Positions 29,570 to 40,084 of a stretch of DNA of 64,000 bases are shown here, piece after piece. Made by a program: the position numbers and the translations under genes. This DNA is from Saprospira sp. CCB-QB6 (GTDB lineage: Bacteria > Bacteroidota > Bacteroidia > Chitinophagales > Saprospiraceae). The notes beneath the pieces are model-generated. The model saw only the letters and a program-made list of their open reading frames with translations. It searched no databases and had not been told where the DNA came from. The stretch is taken from NCBI RefSeq assembly GCF_028464065.1, contig NZ_CP116808.1, positions 1,071,886 to 1,135,885 on the forward strand, in the 5' to 3' direction. Position 1 is the first letter of the stretch. Each line of letters begins with the position of its first letter.

Positions 29570-30346
29570 CTACTTCCCTTTAAAATTGGGCGCACGTTTC
29601 TCCAAGAAGGCCGAAGCCCCTTCCTTAAAATCTTCCGTATTTACCGCATTGGCAAACTCAATTACTTCTTTGCCAAAGCCAGTCTTGCTAAAGTGGCTGT
29701 TTACACATTCAATCACTTTTTGGATAGCAATAGGCGCTTTAGTCGAAATCTTCTCCAATAGGGCCTTAGCTTTGGCCACTTCCTCGCCTGCGGGCACTAC
29801 ATAATTAAGCAAGCCCAAACGATAAGCTTCTTCCGCCTTAATCATGTCGCCAGTCATAAGCAATTCTACGGCTTTCGTTTTACCCAAGTATTGGATCAAG
29901 CGTTGTGTTCCACCATAACCAGGAATAATCCCTAGGTTTACTTCGGGTTGGCCAAAGCGAGCCGTTTCGCTAGCCACGCGAAGATGACAAGCCATAGCTA
30001 GCTCGCAACCACCGCCCAAGGCAAAACCATTTACGGCAGCTACCACAGGCAGCTTAAACTCTTCAATCAAAAAGAAAATATCTTGGCCATGCTGGGCCAT
30101 CTCCAAACCTTCCTGAGCATCAAGGCCAGTAAACTCGCTAATATCGGCACCAGCAACAAAAGACTTGGGGCCCGCTCCAGTAAGAACCACCCCTTTAAGG
30201 CCTTCTACGGCTAGGGCATCTTGGCCAAAGAACTGCTTGAGCTCCTTCAAGGTCTGTTGATTGAGCGCATTGAGGGCTTTGGGCCGATTGATAGTCAAAG
30301 TAATAATGCCGTTTTCTTCAACGGCCAAAAGATTCTGATAAGTCAT
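29570..30346 (-). CDS. Enoyl-CoA hydratase/isomerase (crotonase) family.
   Basis: 258 aa (ITLTINRPKALNAL..., GGGCELAMACH). Confidence 0.85.
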   Translation of the reverse strand: MTYQNLLAVEENGIITLTINRPKALNALNQQTLKELKQFFGQDALAVEGLKGVVLTGAGPKSFVAGADISEFTGLDAQEGLEMAQHGQDIFFLIEEFKLPVVAAVNGFALGGGCELAMACHLRVASETARFGQPEVNLGIIPGYGGTQRLIQYLGKTKAVELLMTGDMIKAEEAYRLGLLNYVVPAGEEVAKAKALLEKISTKAPIAIQKVIECVNSHFSKTGFGKEVIEFANAVNTEDFKEGASAFLEKRAPNFKGK

Positions 30347-30374
30347 AATGATATCTGATTGATCAAATGGATAT

Positions 30375-30542
30375 TTTTCGATTTACTGCGTCTAGAGGCG
30401 AGCGCAGCGAGCCGGCCTAGCGATGGTAGGCAGTGCGGCGCAGCCGCAGACCTAGGCGCTGCAAGCGCCGCAGGGCCGAGCGAATAGCGAGCTGCTGAAC
30501 GTAGCGCCGCAAGGCGAAGCCGCAGCGGAGGCCCCAAACAGA
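30375..30542. repeat. Family A GC-rich repeat.
   Basis: gcggcgcagccgcagacc...cagggccgagcgaatagcgagctgc...gcaaggcgaagccgcagcggaggcccc. Confidence 0.8.
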
Positions 30543-30545
30543 AAG

Positions 30546-32951
30546 CTATCGCTTTCTTTGCCAGAACAGCAAGCCCCCAAAGATAAGAAAGCCGAGCAAA
30601 CTGCCCAAAAGAGCGGGCTGCCAATAAGGGGGCGAAAATTGCAGCTCGAGCTGATGTTGGCCCGCCGGCAGGGGAATGGCCATGAACCCTAGTTGGGCCC
30701 GATAAATCGGCTGCGCCTCTCCATTGACCAAAAGTTGCCAATTGGGATCAAAAGGAATGGAGAGGAAGAGGGCTGCGGGCTGCTCTAAGGCTATTTCGCC
30801 TTGGAGATGCTTTTGGCCCAGCTTACTCCAGCTAACGACTTTGCGGCTTCGGTTGGCCACATCTTGTCCCAGCTCATTTGGGCCATAGGCCTGAGGGTTA
30901 AGATGGTTCAAGGGGTTATCCTTCAGGGCGGCAAAAGCCGCTAGATCCTCTTGGGCCAGCACCAAAGTTTTGAGCAAAGCCATCTGTTTTTGAATGGCCT
31001 GATTATCATTGGGGAGCGCCTCCCATTGCTTTTCGGCGCATTTGCTATCGTAAGTGAAGCCTAGCGGGAGATACATGCTATTTTTCCAAATCTTGACGGG
31101 CCCCACACTATCTTGCAAAACATAGAAGAAAGGATTGACCGGCTCCTTGGCCAACCAATACTTACTGCTGGCCAAAACCTGCAACAAAGGCCGCTGGCGA
31201 ATACCGGGGGCCCAGCGGGTTTGGTTTTCGTCCTTGGGATCAATCACTGCTGTTTTGGCCAAAAAGCGGATATAATTCTTTTGGTTGAAAGAGTGATAAG
31301 AAGAGGAGCCCTTGAAGTTTTGGACCTTGGCATCATTGAGGCCATTGTGCATAGCGGGGCTAGAGCTATACATCTTCTCTATGCGGTAAAAGCCTTTGTC
31401 TTGGGCTTCAATTTTGGCCAAAGCGGCCATGCTCTCATCTTGGTAGCCTATGTTTTGGGACCATTCTTCTTTGCTGACTATTTGGCGGTCGCTGCTATAC
31501 ACCTGCTTAGCCGAGAAAATCAGCTCGCCCAAAAAGAGGAGGGCCAGAAAACCAAAGGCCTGCAAGCGATATTTTTCAATGGCTAGGGCCGCAATGGCTA
31601 GAGCAGCCCCCAGCAAAAAGATAAAGAGCAGATTTTGCAAACTCTGATCTACCTGCACCTCTTTGGCCGATAGAAAAGGGACATATAACAAGGCCGCCCA
31701 AAAGACAAAGCTAAAAATGAGCAGTCCGATATTGGGTTTGGCCCCTTGCAAAAGCTTAGAGAGTCCCTTTAGGGCCAGAAGTAGCAGGCCTGTGGCCACA
31801 AAAAGCGAGTAAATGCGGTAATAATTACCTGCGTACAGCCAAATGCTATATCGGAAAAAGGGCACAAAAAGCGGGAGCAAGAGTAAAATCAAGGCGGCCA
31901 AGCTTAGGTAGCGTTGCTTGCCCTTTTGAAAAAACAGGGCTTGGGGCAAGAGCAAGAGCAGCGGGAGGGCGATATAGAGGCTTGGAGCCTCTAGGTAATT
32001 ATTCCAGCCCTTATAGGCCAGTACATTTTGACCATTGGGCAATTGCTCGTAGGCTGCGCCAAAGAAAAAGTTGGGAGAAAAGAGTCGGCCGAGGATGGTC
32101 AGGGCTTCTGCCTTTTGGGTACTGCCGAGGCCTTCCTGCATCAATTGGGCAAAAAAGGCGGATTCTCCGCCGACTCGAGGGCTATTGAGAATTTGGTCAA
32201 TGGTACTAATCAAGAGGACCGAGCTCATGAGTAGGCCAGCAGCTCCCCAGATCATTAGCCCAAGATAGAGTTGGATAATGGCTTTTTTATCTTTTTGGTC
32301 TAGCTCCAAGAGGCGGAAAATGCTATAAACGCCTACAAAAAGGCCAATAATATAGAGATCCACAGGCATATTGAGGGCCAAAAAAAAGACCGAGAGGCCG
32401 AAAGTCTCTCCTTTTTGTTTGGCGAGCAAGCGCTCGAAGCCCCAGAGGCAAAGCGCCATAAAAACGGCTTGGGTGCTGAAGACATACCAGCCTGCGCCAA
32501 TGAGCAGAAAGCCAGAGAAAGCGAAAGCTAATCCCCCCGCCATTTGGGCCAGGGGCGCCAACTGTCTATAGCCTAAAAAGCGAAAGAAAAAGAAAGCGGC
32601 CAGAAAAAGCTTGAGCGCTTCCATCCAAGCGATGCCATAGGCCAGCTGTTTTGGACCGAGGAGATAGAGGGGCCATTGGAAGGGGTCGCCTAGGCTAAGG
32701 GGGAGAATATTTTGTCCCATCCCTTGTTGGAAAGACCAAGTAGGGAGTCCCTCTTTTTGGAGGTAATCGGCAACATGATGGAGTTGGGGGTAAAATACAT
32801 TGAGGGTATCGCTCCCAATATCTTTAAAAAGAAAAAGGTCTGGACCAAAGAGAAAAGCGCTAAAGGCCAAGAGTAAAAGGACTGAAGTCAGGCCCAAAAA
32901 GATATAAGTCTTATAGGGCAGCCATTTTTGGGGAATAAGCGAAGAGGACAT
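30546..32951 (-). CDS. Large polytopic membrane protein, YfhO-like (putative GT-C-type glycosyltransferase).
   Basis: 801 aa with more than 12 TM segments followed by a large C-terminal extracytoplasmic domain. Family call is based on architecture only. Confidence 0.4.
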   Translation of the reverse strand: MSSSLIPQKWLPYKTYIFLGLTSVLLLLAFSAFLFGPDLFLFKDIGSDTLNVFYPQLHHVADYLQKEGLPTWSFQQGMGQNILPLSLGDPFQWPLYLLGPKQLAYGIAWMEALKLFLAAFFFFRFLGYRQLAPLAQMAGGLAFAFSGFLLIGAGWYVFSTQAVFMALCLWGFERLLAKQKGETFGLSVFFLALNMPVDLYIIGLFVGVYSIFRLLELDQKDKKAIIQLYLGLMIWGAAGLLMSSVLLISTIDQILNSPRVGGESAFFAQLMQEGLGSTQKAEALTILGRLFSPNFFFGAAYEQLPNGQNVLAYKGWNNYLEAPSLYIALPLLLLLPQALFFQKGKQRYLSLAALILLLLPLFVPFFRYSIWLYAGNYYRIYSLFVATGLLLLALKGLSKLLQGAKPNIGLLIFSFVFWAALLYVPFLSAKEVQVDQSLQNLLFIFLLGAALAIAALAIEKYRLQAFGFLALLFLGELIFSAKQVYSSDRQIVSKEEWSQNIGYQDESMAALAKIEAQDKGFYRIEKMYSSSPAMHNGLNDAKVQNFKGSSSYHSFNQKNYIRFLAKTAVIDPKDENQTRWAPGIRQRPLLQVLASSKYWLAKEPVNPFFYVLQDSVGPVKIWKNSMYLPLGFTYDSKCAEKQWEALPNDNQAIQKQMALLKTLVLAQEDLAAFAALKDNPLNHLNPQAYGPNELGQDVANRSRKVVSWSKLGQKHLQGEIALEQPAALFLSIPFDPNWQLLVNGEAQPIYRAQLGFMAIPLPAGQHQLELQFSPPYWQPALLGSLLGFLIFGGLLFWQRKR

Positions 32952-33066
32952 AAGGCAAATAATTAAGGAAGTGATCTATTTAAGGGACTTCCGTTTAACT
33001 AAATTTGACTAAAAAAGGCTCTTCTCAGCTAAGAGAAGAGCCTATAGAAAAGATTGCTTGTTATAA

Positions 33067-33534
33067 CTAGTTAGAGCGTTTGTTGGCCAAATAGCTTACT
33101 CGGCGGAAGTTGGCTCTACGCAGCTCTGTTTTTACATCGGTGATGAGTCCCATTTTCACTTCCCCATCAATTTTCATGGCACAAGTCATTTCGTTGTGGC
33201 GTTCGGGGTTAATAGCCGAACGTTCTACATTGACAAATTGCATGATATCATCAGGAGTAGCAAAAGCATCGTTGAGTTGGATCTTAGGAGCTGAACCAAA
33301 CTGAGCTTGATAAATGGGTGAAGGAGGACCGATGAAGATGTGGCTCACCATAGATTTTTTCTCCAGCTTTTCCAATTCGGTAGCTTGGGGAATTCTCACC
33401 CGCACTTTTACATCCGCATCACGCATTTTGGTTACTACCATAAAGAAGCAGAGCAACATAAAAACGATATCGGGTAAAGAGGCAGTGGTGATACCGGGGG
33501 CATCCTTCTTTTTATTCTTCTTAAATTTAGACAT
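33067..33534 (-). CDS. exbD: Biopolymer transport protein ExbD/TolR.
   Basis: Single N-terminal TM (LPDIVFMLLCFFMVV) and a size of about 150 aa. Confidence 0.75.
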   Translation of the reverse strand: MSKFKKNKKKDAPGITTASLPDIVFMLLCFFMVVTKMRDADVKVRVRIPQATELEKLEKKSMVSHIFIGPPSPIYQAQFGSAPKIQLNDAFATPDDIMQFVNVERSAINPERHNEMTCAMKIDGEVKMGLITDVKTELRRANFRRVSYLANKRSN

Positions 33535-33552
33535 GGTCTAGTGGTTTAAGAT

Positions 33553-34086
33553 TTAATCAAATCGAGTGGGCTCCGCTTCAGAGAGGAATTTTGGATAATC
33601 CTCACGGATAGCCATACGGTCCTCTTTTTCTAGAGTTTTGTATGGGCGGCCAAAGCGGCGCTGGGCTTCTGACTCCCAAATGGCGTTATAGGCAGCTTCT
33701 AGTTCGTTGTAGACTCCTAGGTAGGTAGTATAATCAGTTCCATCATCATTTTGCAGCGAAATCACTGCTGCTCTGGGGTTATCTGACATACTAGGGTCAG
33801 AGCCATTATTAGTGATAAAACGAATTGCTTTTTCCTTAAGGCTTTCTACAGGAAAGCCAGGCTCTCCTTCTACAGCAAGCTGATTAGCCCCATTGATCAC
33901 CACCTCTAAAACGTTACGAGAGTTTTTATCCTGTGGGTCCACGGGTTCATCTACCCATTGGGGGAGAGTCACCTGTAGTCCAGAATCCGTTTGAATAGTC
34001 GTAGTAACGAGGAAGAAAACCAAAAGCAGGAAGGCGATATCGGCCATAGAGCCTGCGTTGATTTCTGGGATTTGTCTTTCAGCCAT
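33553..34086 (-). CDS. exbD: Biopolymer transport protein ExbD/TolR, second copy.
   Basis: [19 protein letters not shown] followed by a periplasmic domain. Confidence 0.75.
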   Translation of the reverse strand: MAERQIPEINAGSMADIAFLLLVFFLVTTTIQTDSGLQVTLPQWVDEPVDPQDKNSRNVLEVVINGANQLAVEGEPGFPVESLKEKAIRFITNNGSDPSMSDNPRAAVISLQNDDGTDYTTYLGVYNELEAAYNAIWESEAQRRFGRPYKTLEKEDRMAIREDYPKFLSEAEPTRFD

Positions 34087-34104
34087 AATTCTTGATTTCT
34101 ATGA

Positions 34105-34587
34105 TTATGATTTAATGGTGTCCCAAACTGCAGAGAAGACCCAGGCAGCAATACTGAGGAAGATCATGACCACAGCAAAGAGGAGAAGGCCATCGACAAA
34201 AGCGACATCGGCTCCTTCTAGGTGGTGGTTATGGTTTCCTTGAAAGACGACCAATTCTTCGGCAGTGGGAGTAGTGCCCATTGCTTTAGTGACAAAGAAA
34301 ACAACCAACATTGCTCCGGCGATAGCTAGGAACTTGATTGATTCTTTGATATTGAAGGCCATATAAAGAATAGGGCCTACAATAGCTACAAGAGTACAAA
34401 TAGCAATGAGTAGATAAGTAATATTTAGCGCAGGGTTGAAGATTCCTGAAGCATAAAGCGTAGGCTTATCTGCTTGCTCTGGAAAACCTCCAACAATGGC
34501 GAAGATAGAGATGAGAGACAATAAGGCACCTAAAGAGAAGCTAATTGTCACCCCATGTTTCTTCAAAAACTGATATGCACCGTTCAT
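34105..34587 (-). CDS. Hypothetical membrane protein inside the exb cluster.
   Basis: 160 aa with four hydrophobic segments. Confidence 0.45.
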   Translation of the reverse strand: MNGAYQFLKKHGVTISFSLGALLSLISIFAIVGGFPEQADKPTLYASGIFNPALNITYLLIAICTLVAIVGPILYMAFNIKESIKFLAIAGAMLVVFFVTKAMGTTPTAEELVVFQGNHNHHLEGADVAFVDGLLLFAVVMIFLSIAAWVFSAVWDTIKS

Positions 34588-34627
34588 AAGGCATTTCTGA
34601 TTTTTGGATGTGAATGGAGAAAATCAA

Positions 34628-35491
34628 TTAGGCTTTTTTGCCTTTATTGTTGTGACCGTTATCTAGAAGGATGTCAATCATAGAGATTGTAGCATCTTCC
34701 ATTTTGTTAGATAGAGAGTCTACTTTGTTGGTAATCAAGTTGTAGAAAATCTGAAGGATAATCGCTGTGATTAGACCAAATACAGTAGTCAAAAGGGCTA
34801 CTTTAATACCACCCGCTACATCAGAAGGACGGATATCACCAGCGGCTTCGATCGCATCAAAGGCTGAGATCATACCGATTACCGTACCCATAAAGCCCAA
34901 CATGGGAGCCAAGGCGATAAATAGCGCCAACCAAACCAAACCTTTTTCCAAAAGGCCCATTTGTACGCTACCGTTAGATACGATGGCTTTTTCTACAGCA
35001 TCCAAACCACCGCCTACGCGGCGGAGGCCTTCTCCAAGTACTTCTGCAGTGGGGCCAGGTGTAGCTTTGCAAAGCTCATGAGCACCTGCAATATCATTGG
35101 CGCGAACATGCTCCTCAATTTTGGTCAACAACTTTTTGGTGTTGATGGTCGCCAAGCTAAGGGTGATGATACGCTCAATAGCTACAGCCAAACCAAGGAT
35201 CAAACAAACCAATACGAAGGTCATGAATTCCCAACCTCCATCAATATAGTATTTCTTAATTTGCTGGTAGAATGTTACTTTCTCAGTTTCAGCATCTACA
35301 GTTTCTACATCAGCGCCAGTTTCTTCTTCGGGGGCAGCTTCAGGAGTAGCAGCAGGATCAGTTTCTGCTTCAGGATCTACTTGTGCAGTAGAGTCGCCAT
35401 TATCAGCGGGAGGATCTTGGGCGTAAAGTGCCGTGGTAGAAATCGTTGCTCCCAAAACAAGCACAAGCAACAAAGCAAACAATCTTTTCAT
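34628..35491 (-). CDS. exbB: MotA/TolQ/ExbB proton-channel protein with an acidic low-complexity N-terminal extension.
   Basis: C-terminal MotA_ExbB core (MLGFMGTVIGMISAF). Signal peptide followed by an acidic, Asp/Glu/Pro-rich stretch. Confidence 0.75.
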   Translation of the reverse strand: MKRLFALLLVLVLGATISTTALYAQDPPADNGDSTAQVDPEAETDPAATPEAAPEEETGADVETVDAETEKVTFYQQIKKYYIDGGWEFMTFVLVCLILGLAVAIERIITLSLATINTKKLLTKIEEHVRANDIAGAHELCKATPGPTAEVLGEGLRRVGGGLDAVEKAIVSNGSVQMGLLEKGLVWLALFIALAPMLGFMGTVIGMISAFDAIEAAGDIRPSDVAGGIKVALLTTVFGLITAIILQIFYNLITNKVDSLSNKMEDATISMIDILLDNGHNNKGKKA

Positions 35492-35636
35492 AATAGATGT
35501 GCGATTTAACAGTTTTTCGGAAAATTACTTTTCGTCTTTGCCAAGAAGTAATTAAATGCTTCTTAGAAAGCAGCTGTAAAGTTAAAGTGTAGTTGAAAAT
35601 TTGAGCGCCCAAATAACTTTAGGCGCTCGAAAATTA

Positions 35637-35724
<88 letters not shown>

Positions 35725-35932
35725 TGTTACTTCCTACTGCCCTCGGGGCTTTCGGAACCGCACAAAATTTGTAAAATAAAGTTATAAAACAAAATTTTTT
35801 TTAGGCCTAAATTAACAAGGCCCTTTTTTTAGCTTCTGTTTTGCTTTATTTCCCTCATTTTCAGCAGCCGCCTAATTTCCTCTTATCCTTGACCTTTTGG
35901 GCCAATATTTGTTTTCTAGACGCCTCTTTTTC

Positions 35933-35962
35933 AAAAAGGGGTGTGCGCACTCCCTTTTTTTT
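35933..35962. terminator. Bidirectional terminator-like hairpin (A-run, ggggtgtgcgcactccc, T-run), probably terminating hppD transcripts.
   Basis: Seen directly in the sequence. Confidence 0.45.
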
Positions 35963-35984
35963 CTAATAAATTTGACCTTAAGTG

Positions 35985-36172
35985 AATTTGGAGCAGGTCC
36001 TAAAGGGCCAAAGGCCCAACGGCTGAGGGATGGAAAAGGGGGCGGCGAAGCCGCAGACCAAGCAAAAATGCGCAGCATTTTTTGCGAAGGGCCGAGCGAA
36101 CAGCGAGCCCTGACACAGCCCGACCCGAGCGTAGCGAGGGGCAGCCCCAAATTAAAAACGACCTGCTCCAAA
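35985..36172. repeat. Family A repeat in reverse orientation, ending GAGGGGCAGCCCCAAA.
   Basis: Contains gctgagggatggaaaaggg, the reverse complement of the cccttttccatccctcagc segment. Confidence 0.8.
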
Positions 36173-36179
36173 TATCCCC

Positions 36180-37274
36180 TTAAAGGGTTCCTCTTAGCTC
36201 TTGCTCGCGCTCAATGGCTTCAAACAAGGCCTTGAAGTTTCCTTTGCCAAAAGATTGAGCCCCACAACGCTGAATGATTTCATAAAAAACGGTGGGACGA
36301 TCCTGTACCGGCTTAGTGAAAATCTGCAACAAATACCCATCTTCATCGCGGTCGATTAAAATATTGAGTTTCTTCAACTCTTCCAAATCTTCCTCAATTT
36401 CGCCTACGCGATCCAAAACCGTATCATAGTAGTTATCGGGCACATAAAGGAAGTCTACCCCATTGGCTCTCAACTGACTAACAGTCTCGATGATATTTTC
36501 TGTGGCTACGGCAATATGCTGCACGCCGCCCCCCTGATAAAAATCAATGTACTCCTCAATCTGCGACTTTTTGCGACCTTCTGCGGGCTCATTAATCGGA
36601 AATTTCACATAGCCATTGCCATTAGAAACTACCTTGCTCATCAAGGCGGTGTACTCTGTAGAAATATCATTGTCATCAAAGGTGATGAGCAGGTTGAATC
36701 CCATCACTTTCTGATAGTATTCTACCCATTTATTCATCTCGCCCCAACCTACATTGCCCACGCAATGGTCAACATATTTTAGGCCGACAGACTGCACTTT
36801 CATAGGACTTTCCTTAGCAATATAACCCGGCATAAATGCCCCCTTATAGTTTTTGCGCTCTACAAAGGTATGAATGGTTTCGCCATAGGTATAAATCCCC
36901 GCTAACTTCACTTCCCCATGCTCATCGGTCAAGGTTTTTGGCGCAAAAGCCGATTTGGCCCCTCTTTCTACCGCTACTTGATAAGCATTTTCTGCATCAT
37001 CTACCCAAAGCGCCAAGGTTTTTACCCCATCGCCATGCTTTTTCACATGCTCCGCTACAGGATGATCGGGCACTAGGGCCGAAGTCAAAAGCAAACGAAT
37101 TTTACCCTGCTCCAATACATAGGTGCAAAGCTCTTTATCGCCAGTTTCTAACCCTCTATAAGCCACCAACTTGTAGCCAAAGGCCGTCTGATAATAGTGG
37201 GCCGATTGCTTGGCATTTCCCACATAAAACTCCACATGATCGGTCCCCAATAGGGGCATTGCATCTTGGTTCAT
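36180..37274 (-). CDS. hppD: 4-hydroxyphenylpyruvate dioxygenase.
   Basis: 364 aa with a duplicated VOC fold (HVEFYVGNAKQSAHYY..., GVQHIAVAT...). Confidence 0.9.
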   Translation of the reverse strand: MNQDAMPLLGTDHVEFYVGNAKQSAHYYQTAFGYKLVAYRGLETGDKELCTYVLEQGKIRLLLTSALVPDHPVAEHVKKHGDGVKTLALWVDDAENAYQVAVERGAKSAFAPKTLTDEHGEVKLAGIYTYGETIHTFVERKNYKGAFMPGYIAKESPMKVQSVGLKYVDHCVGNVGWGEMNKWVEYYQKVMGFNLLITFDDNDISTEYTALMSKVVSNGNGYVKFPINEPAEGRKKSQIEEYIDFYQGGGVQHIAVATENIIETVSQLRANGVDFLYVPDNYYDTVLDRVGEIEEDLEELKKLNILIDRDEDGYLLQIFTKPVQDRPTVFYEIIQRCGAQSFGKGNFKALFEAIEREQELRGTL

Positions 37275-37351
37275 GTTACTGTTTTTTTAACGTATTTAGA
37301 TGATCTTGCTGTTCTGCGCCTAAACTTAAGCAATTTTTAGCTCTTTTTATT

Positions 37352-37565
37352 GCTTTTTGGGGCTGCCCCTTCCGCCGGGTTGAAACCCAGCGCAAAGCGG
37401 CATCGCTTTGCGAGCTTATACAAAATGAGGGTTAAAACCCTCATGAATTATCGGTCGGGTCGGGCTGTGTCGCAGCTCGCTGTTCGCTCGGCCCTTCGGC
37501 GCTTGCAGCGCCTCGGTCTGGCCTTCGGCCACTGCTGTCCATCCCTCAGCCAGATTTAATTGCGC
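37352..37565. repeat. Family A repeat with embedded family C hairpins (gggttgaaaccc, gagggttaaaaccctc).
   Basis: Inverted homologue of 43335-43420. Confidence 0.8.
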
Positions 37566-37737
37566 TGCTTTGGCCATCCTTTGCTATGATTTTTTGGCTA
37601 GGCCAGCTATTTTTTAAGGGCATAACCTTCGATATGGCCGAGAAAAATAGGGCCGACTAGCGGGAAATTGCTGCAAACTATAAAAGTGAGTGCGTTTAAA
37701 TCTGGCTATTGCCTGCGGCCCTCCGGGCCTGTAGGAC

Positions 37738-39393
37738 CTAAAAATCTTGCCTCCGCTCTAGCATATTCCAACGCAAGCCTAAGCGGCCCCAAACTGCCTG
37801 CGGGCTTTCTGTTAGGCCAGTTATCTTTTCTTGGCGGAAAGATAGCCCCAGATCTACATATAAATTATGATAGAGCTGATAGCTGCCCAATAAATCCAAA
37901 TACAATAAATGAGTGGCCAGCCCCTGCCCTATTCGGTTGCCATATTCCTGCTCTCTCGTAATATAAGAGAGGTGGATGTTGCTGCCCCAGTTACTCCCGC
38001 TGCTATCCTGTCCATAAAAGGCATAAGTGCATTGGGCCCTAAGCTGTAGCTTGGGCATCGGCTGATAGCGAATAATGGCCAAAAACTCTCTAAAGTTGGC
38101 CCCTAAGGGATGGGCCAAGGGCTGATTATAATGGGTATAACTAGCTGAACTATCTCTAAAGGTATAGGTATAGGGACGGACCGTATTGAACTCCAATTGC
38201 AGATCTAAATGATTGATATTGGCCACATTTCGGTATTTGAGGCCCAATTGTAGACCCTGCTTGTTGGCCCACCAGCCCCCATTGGCCGCAGAAGGCGAAC
38301 GGAACACCTCCGAAAAGGCAAACTCATCAATCACAACTTGCCCATAAAAGGCAAAACGCCGCAGAAAATCCCAACGGAAGTTGAGCCCCAGCATGGCATT
38401 ATCTGGGCTGCCCAAACCCTGCTCTACCGCCCGATAGAAAATAATTGGATTAAGATATTGCAACTCAAAACCTTGCTCTCGACCAAAAACGATGGCCTCA
38501 AATAAGCCAATTTGTAGGGTTTTACTCAGCTTGAGGTCCAGATAATGCGCCGCCAAATACTTTTTGGGATAGAGCCCATTGGCCACTGGTGCATGATCCT
38601 GCGTCAATTCCGCAAAGATATTGCGATAGTGGAAGCGCCAAATCCGAGTATCTAGTTGTAAGTAAAAGTAGTTGTTCGAGAAATCAGACAATAATAAGGA
38701 GCGGTGCCCATCGCCAATGAAATGGCGCCCATGGCCCAAACGGGCAGAGATATAAGGCATAAGCTGAAAGCCAATATGTCCCTGGGCCAATAGATAGTCT
38801 ACTCCATCTTCTGGCGCATCCGTCAACTGGCTATCATATACCTTATAAAAGCCCGCCCCGGGCACTGCCCCAAATTCGCTAATCCGGTTTTGGATATGAG
38901 CGGGATAAGCCGCCTGGTTTTCGGTTAGGGTCGTCGAGAAGAACAGCCGCTTGGCAATATCTCCCTCCAAATGCAGGCCTCTGCGGTTGAGGAAGAGCAG
39001 GTTTTGGGTTCCATCTTCTAGGCGCTCGCCTCCAGCTTGCAAATGCAATAAGGGATTGACCGAAAAATAGAAGTCGCCCGCTTGCAAGGCATATAGATTG
39101 GCCTTCTGCTGATAGAAATGCGACCAAAACCCCTGGGGCGCAGGGGCCAAGCTATCCCAAAGGGCATTATCAGCCAGAAGATAGCTAGAATCTGCACTTT
39201 GGGCGACCAACTTACGCAGATCGCTGCGCAAAAAGGGCCGCAGACTCGTATGTGCGCCCTCTACTGCTGGTTGAAGCGTCTGCTCTCGGTCCAAATAATC
39301 ATCTGAAGGGCCTTGCAATGGGCTATATTGGCTAGTCTGCGCCCAAAGATTAGCCGAAAGCAAAAGGGGAAAGAGATAAATCAGCTGTTTCAT
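37738..39393 (-). CDS. Hypothetical outer-membrane/secreted protein, probably a beta-barrel.
   Basis: Signal peptide (LLSANLWAQ). 551 aa rich in aromatic/Gly alternation. Confidence 0.45.
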   Translation of the reverse strand: MKQLIYLFPLLLSANLWAQTSQYSPLQGPSDDYLDREQTLQPAVEGAHTSLRPFLRSDLRKLVAQSADSSYLLADNALWDSLAPAPQGFWSHFYQQKANLYALQAGDFYFSVNPLLHLQAGGERLEDGTQNLLFLNRRGLHLEGDIAKRLFFSTTLTENQAAYPAHIQNRISEFGAVPGAGFYKVYDSQLTDAPEDGVDYLLAQGHIGFQLMPYISARLGHGRHFIGDGHRSLLLSDFSNNYFYLQLDTRIWRFHYRNIFAELTQDHAPVANGLYPKKYLAAHYLDLKLSKTLQIGLFEAIVFGREQGFELQYLNPIIFYRAVEQGLGSPDNAMLGLNFRWDFLRRFAFYGQVVIDEFAFSEVFRSPSAANGGWWANKQGLQLGLKYRNVANINHLDLQLEFNTVRPYTYTFRDSSASYTHYNQPLAHPLGANFREFLAIIRYQPMPKLQLRAQCTYAFYGQDSSGSNWGSNIHLSYITREQEYGNRIGQGLATHLLYLDLLGSYQLYHNLYVDLGLSFRQEKITGLTESPQAVWGRLGLRWNMLERRQDF

Positions 39394-39402
39394 GAAAACG
39401 AA

Positions 39403-40023
39403 TTAGAGCGTAAAGATGGCCCGCAGGCTAAACATATAGGGATTGAAATAAGTATCCTTGCGGATGTTCATCGGAGCCCGCTGCCAACGAGCATTGATGC
39501 CCCAGTTTTTGGTGATATAAAAGGTCAGATCGGCCATTAGCATGACATAATCCTTGCGGAACTTATCAATTACGGCAGGATCATCTTGCCCATTGATTTC
39601 TACCGTGGCATTGAGGATGCGATTATAGGAAAGTCCCGCCCCAAAGTGCATGCGGTGGTAGCTGTCCTTCCCATCTGTAGAGACCTCCCAATCTTTGAGA
39701 AAGATGAGGACTGGCACCTCTATATTATTAAGATGTAGGTAGAAGTTGCGGGGCGCCCCCTGAAGAGAAGGCGACTGGCTGCCTTGCTGAGAAAAAAGAA
39801 TCTCTACGCCTAGGTCCCAAATAGGCGCCAAACGGGCCGTTCCCCTAGCCCCAATGTTTAGGCCGGGCTTGGTATAGCCTGCAGCCTCATCCCCATCTAT
39901 TTGGGCCATATTGATCCCCGCTATAATACTAGCCGAAAAGCGATTCTGATAATCTGAAGATTGCGCCTGAAGCTGTAGCGCTCCAATCCATAAGGCAAGA
40001 AAGCATAAGATATTAAGTCGCAT
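39403..40023 (-). CDS. Outer-membrane beta-barrel protein (PorT/OmpA-like barrel family).
   Basis: Signal peptide. 206 aa. C-terminal ...LRAIFTL aromatic terminus typical of OMPs. 9-nt gap to the upstream gene. Confidence 0.45.
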   Translation of the reverse strand: MRLNILCFLALWIGALQLQAQSSDYQNRFSASIIAGINMAQIDGDEAAGYTKPGLNIGARGTARLAPIWDLGVEILFSQQGSQSPSLQGAPRNFYLHLNNIEVPVLIFLKDWEVSTDGKDSYHRMHFGAGLSYNRILNATVEINGQDDPAVIDKFRKDYVMLMADLTFYITKNWGINARWQRAPMNIRKDTYFNPYMFSLRAIFTL

Positions 40024-40084
40024 AATACATTTTATTTAATGTGAAGGGCTCAAAATACTGCGCTTTTAGGGGATTGGAAAGGCG

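Noticed and set aside
29241-29804. 187-aa ORF on the plus strand.
   Set aside because: Its 5' half is repeat sequence and its 3' half is antisense to the enoyl-CoA hydratase gene.
30343-30741. 132-aa minus-strand ORF between the enoyl-CoA hydratase and the YfhO-like gene.
   Set aside because: Composed of family A repeat sequence. Its downstream end overlaps the upstream end of the large membrane protein gene.
31061-32571. Multiple short ORFs on both strands inside the 801-aa membrane protein gene.
   Set aside because: Embedded or antisense with low-complexity translations.
35872-36235. ORFs 35872-36171 (-) and 35897-36235 (+).
   Set aside because: Inside the family A repeat and terminator region between tRNA-Ser and hppD.
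37350-37961. ORFs 37350-37559 (+) and 37668-37961 (+).
   Set aside because: Repeat-derived, or antisense to the 3' end of the OMP gene.
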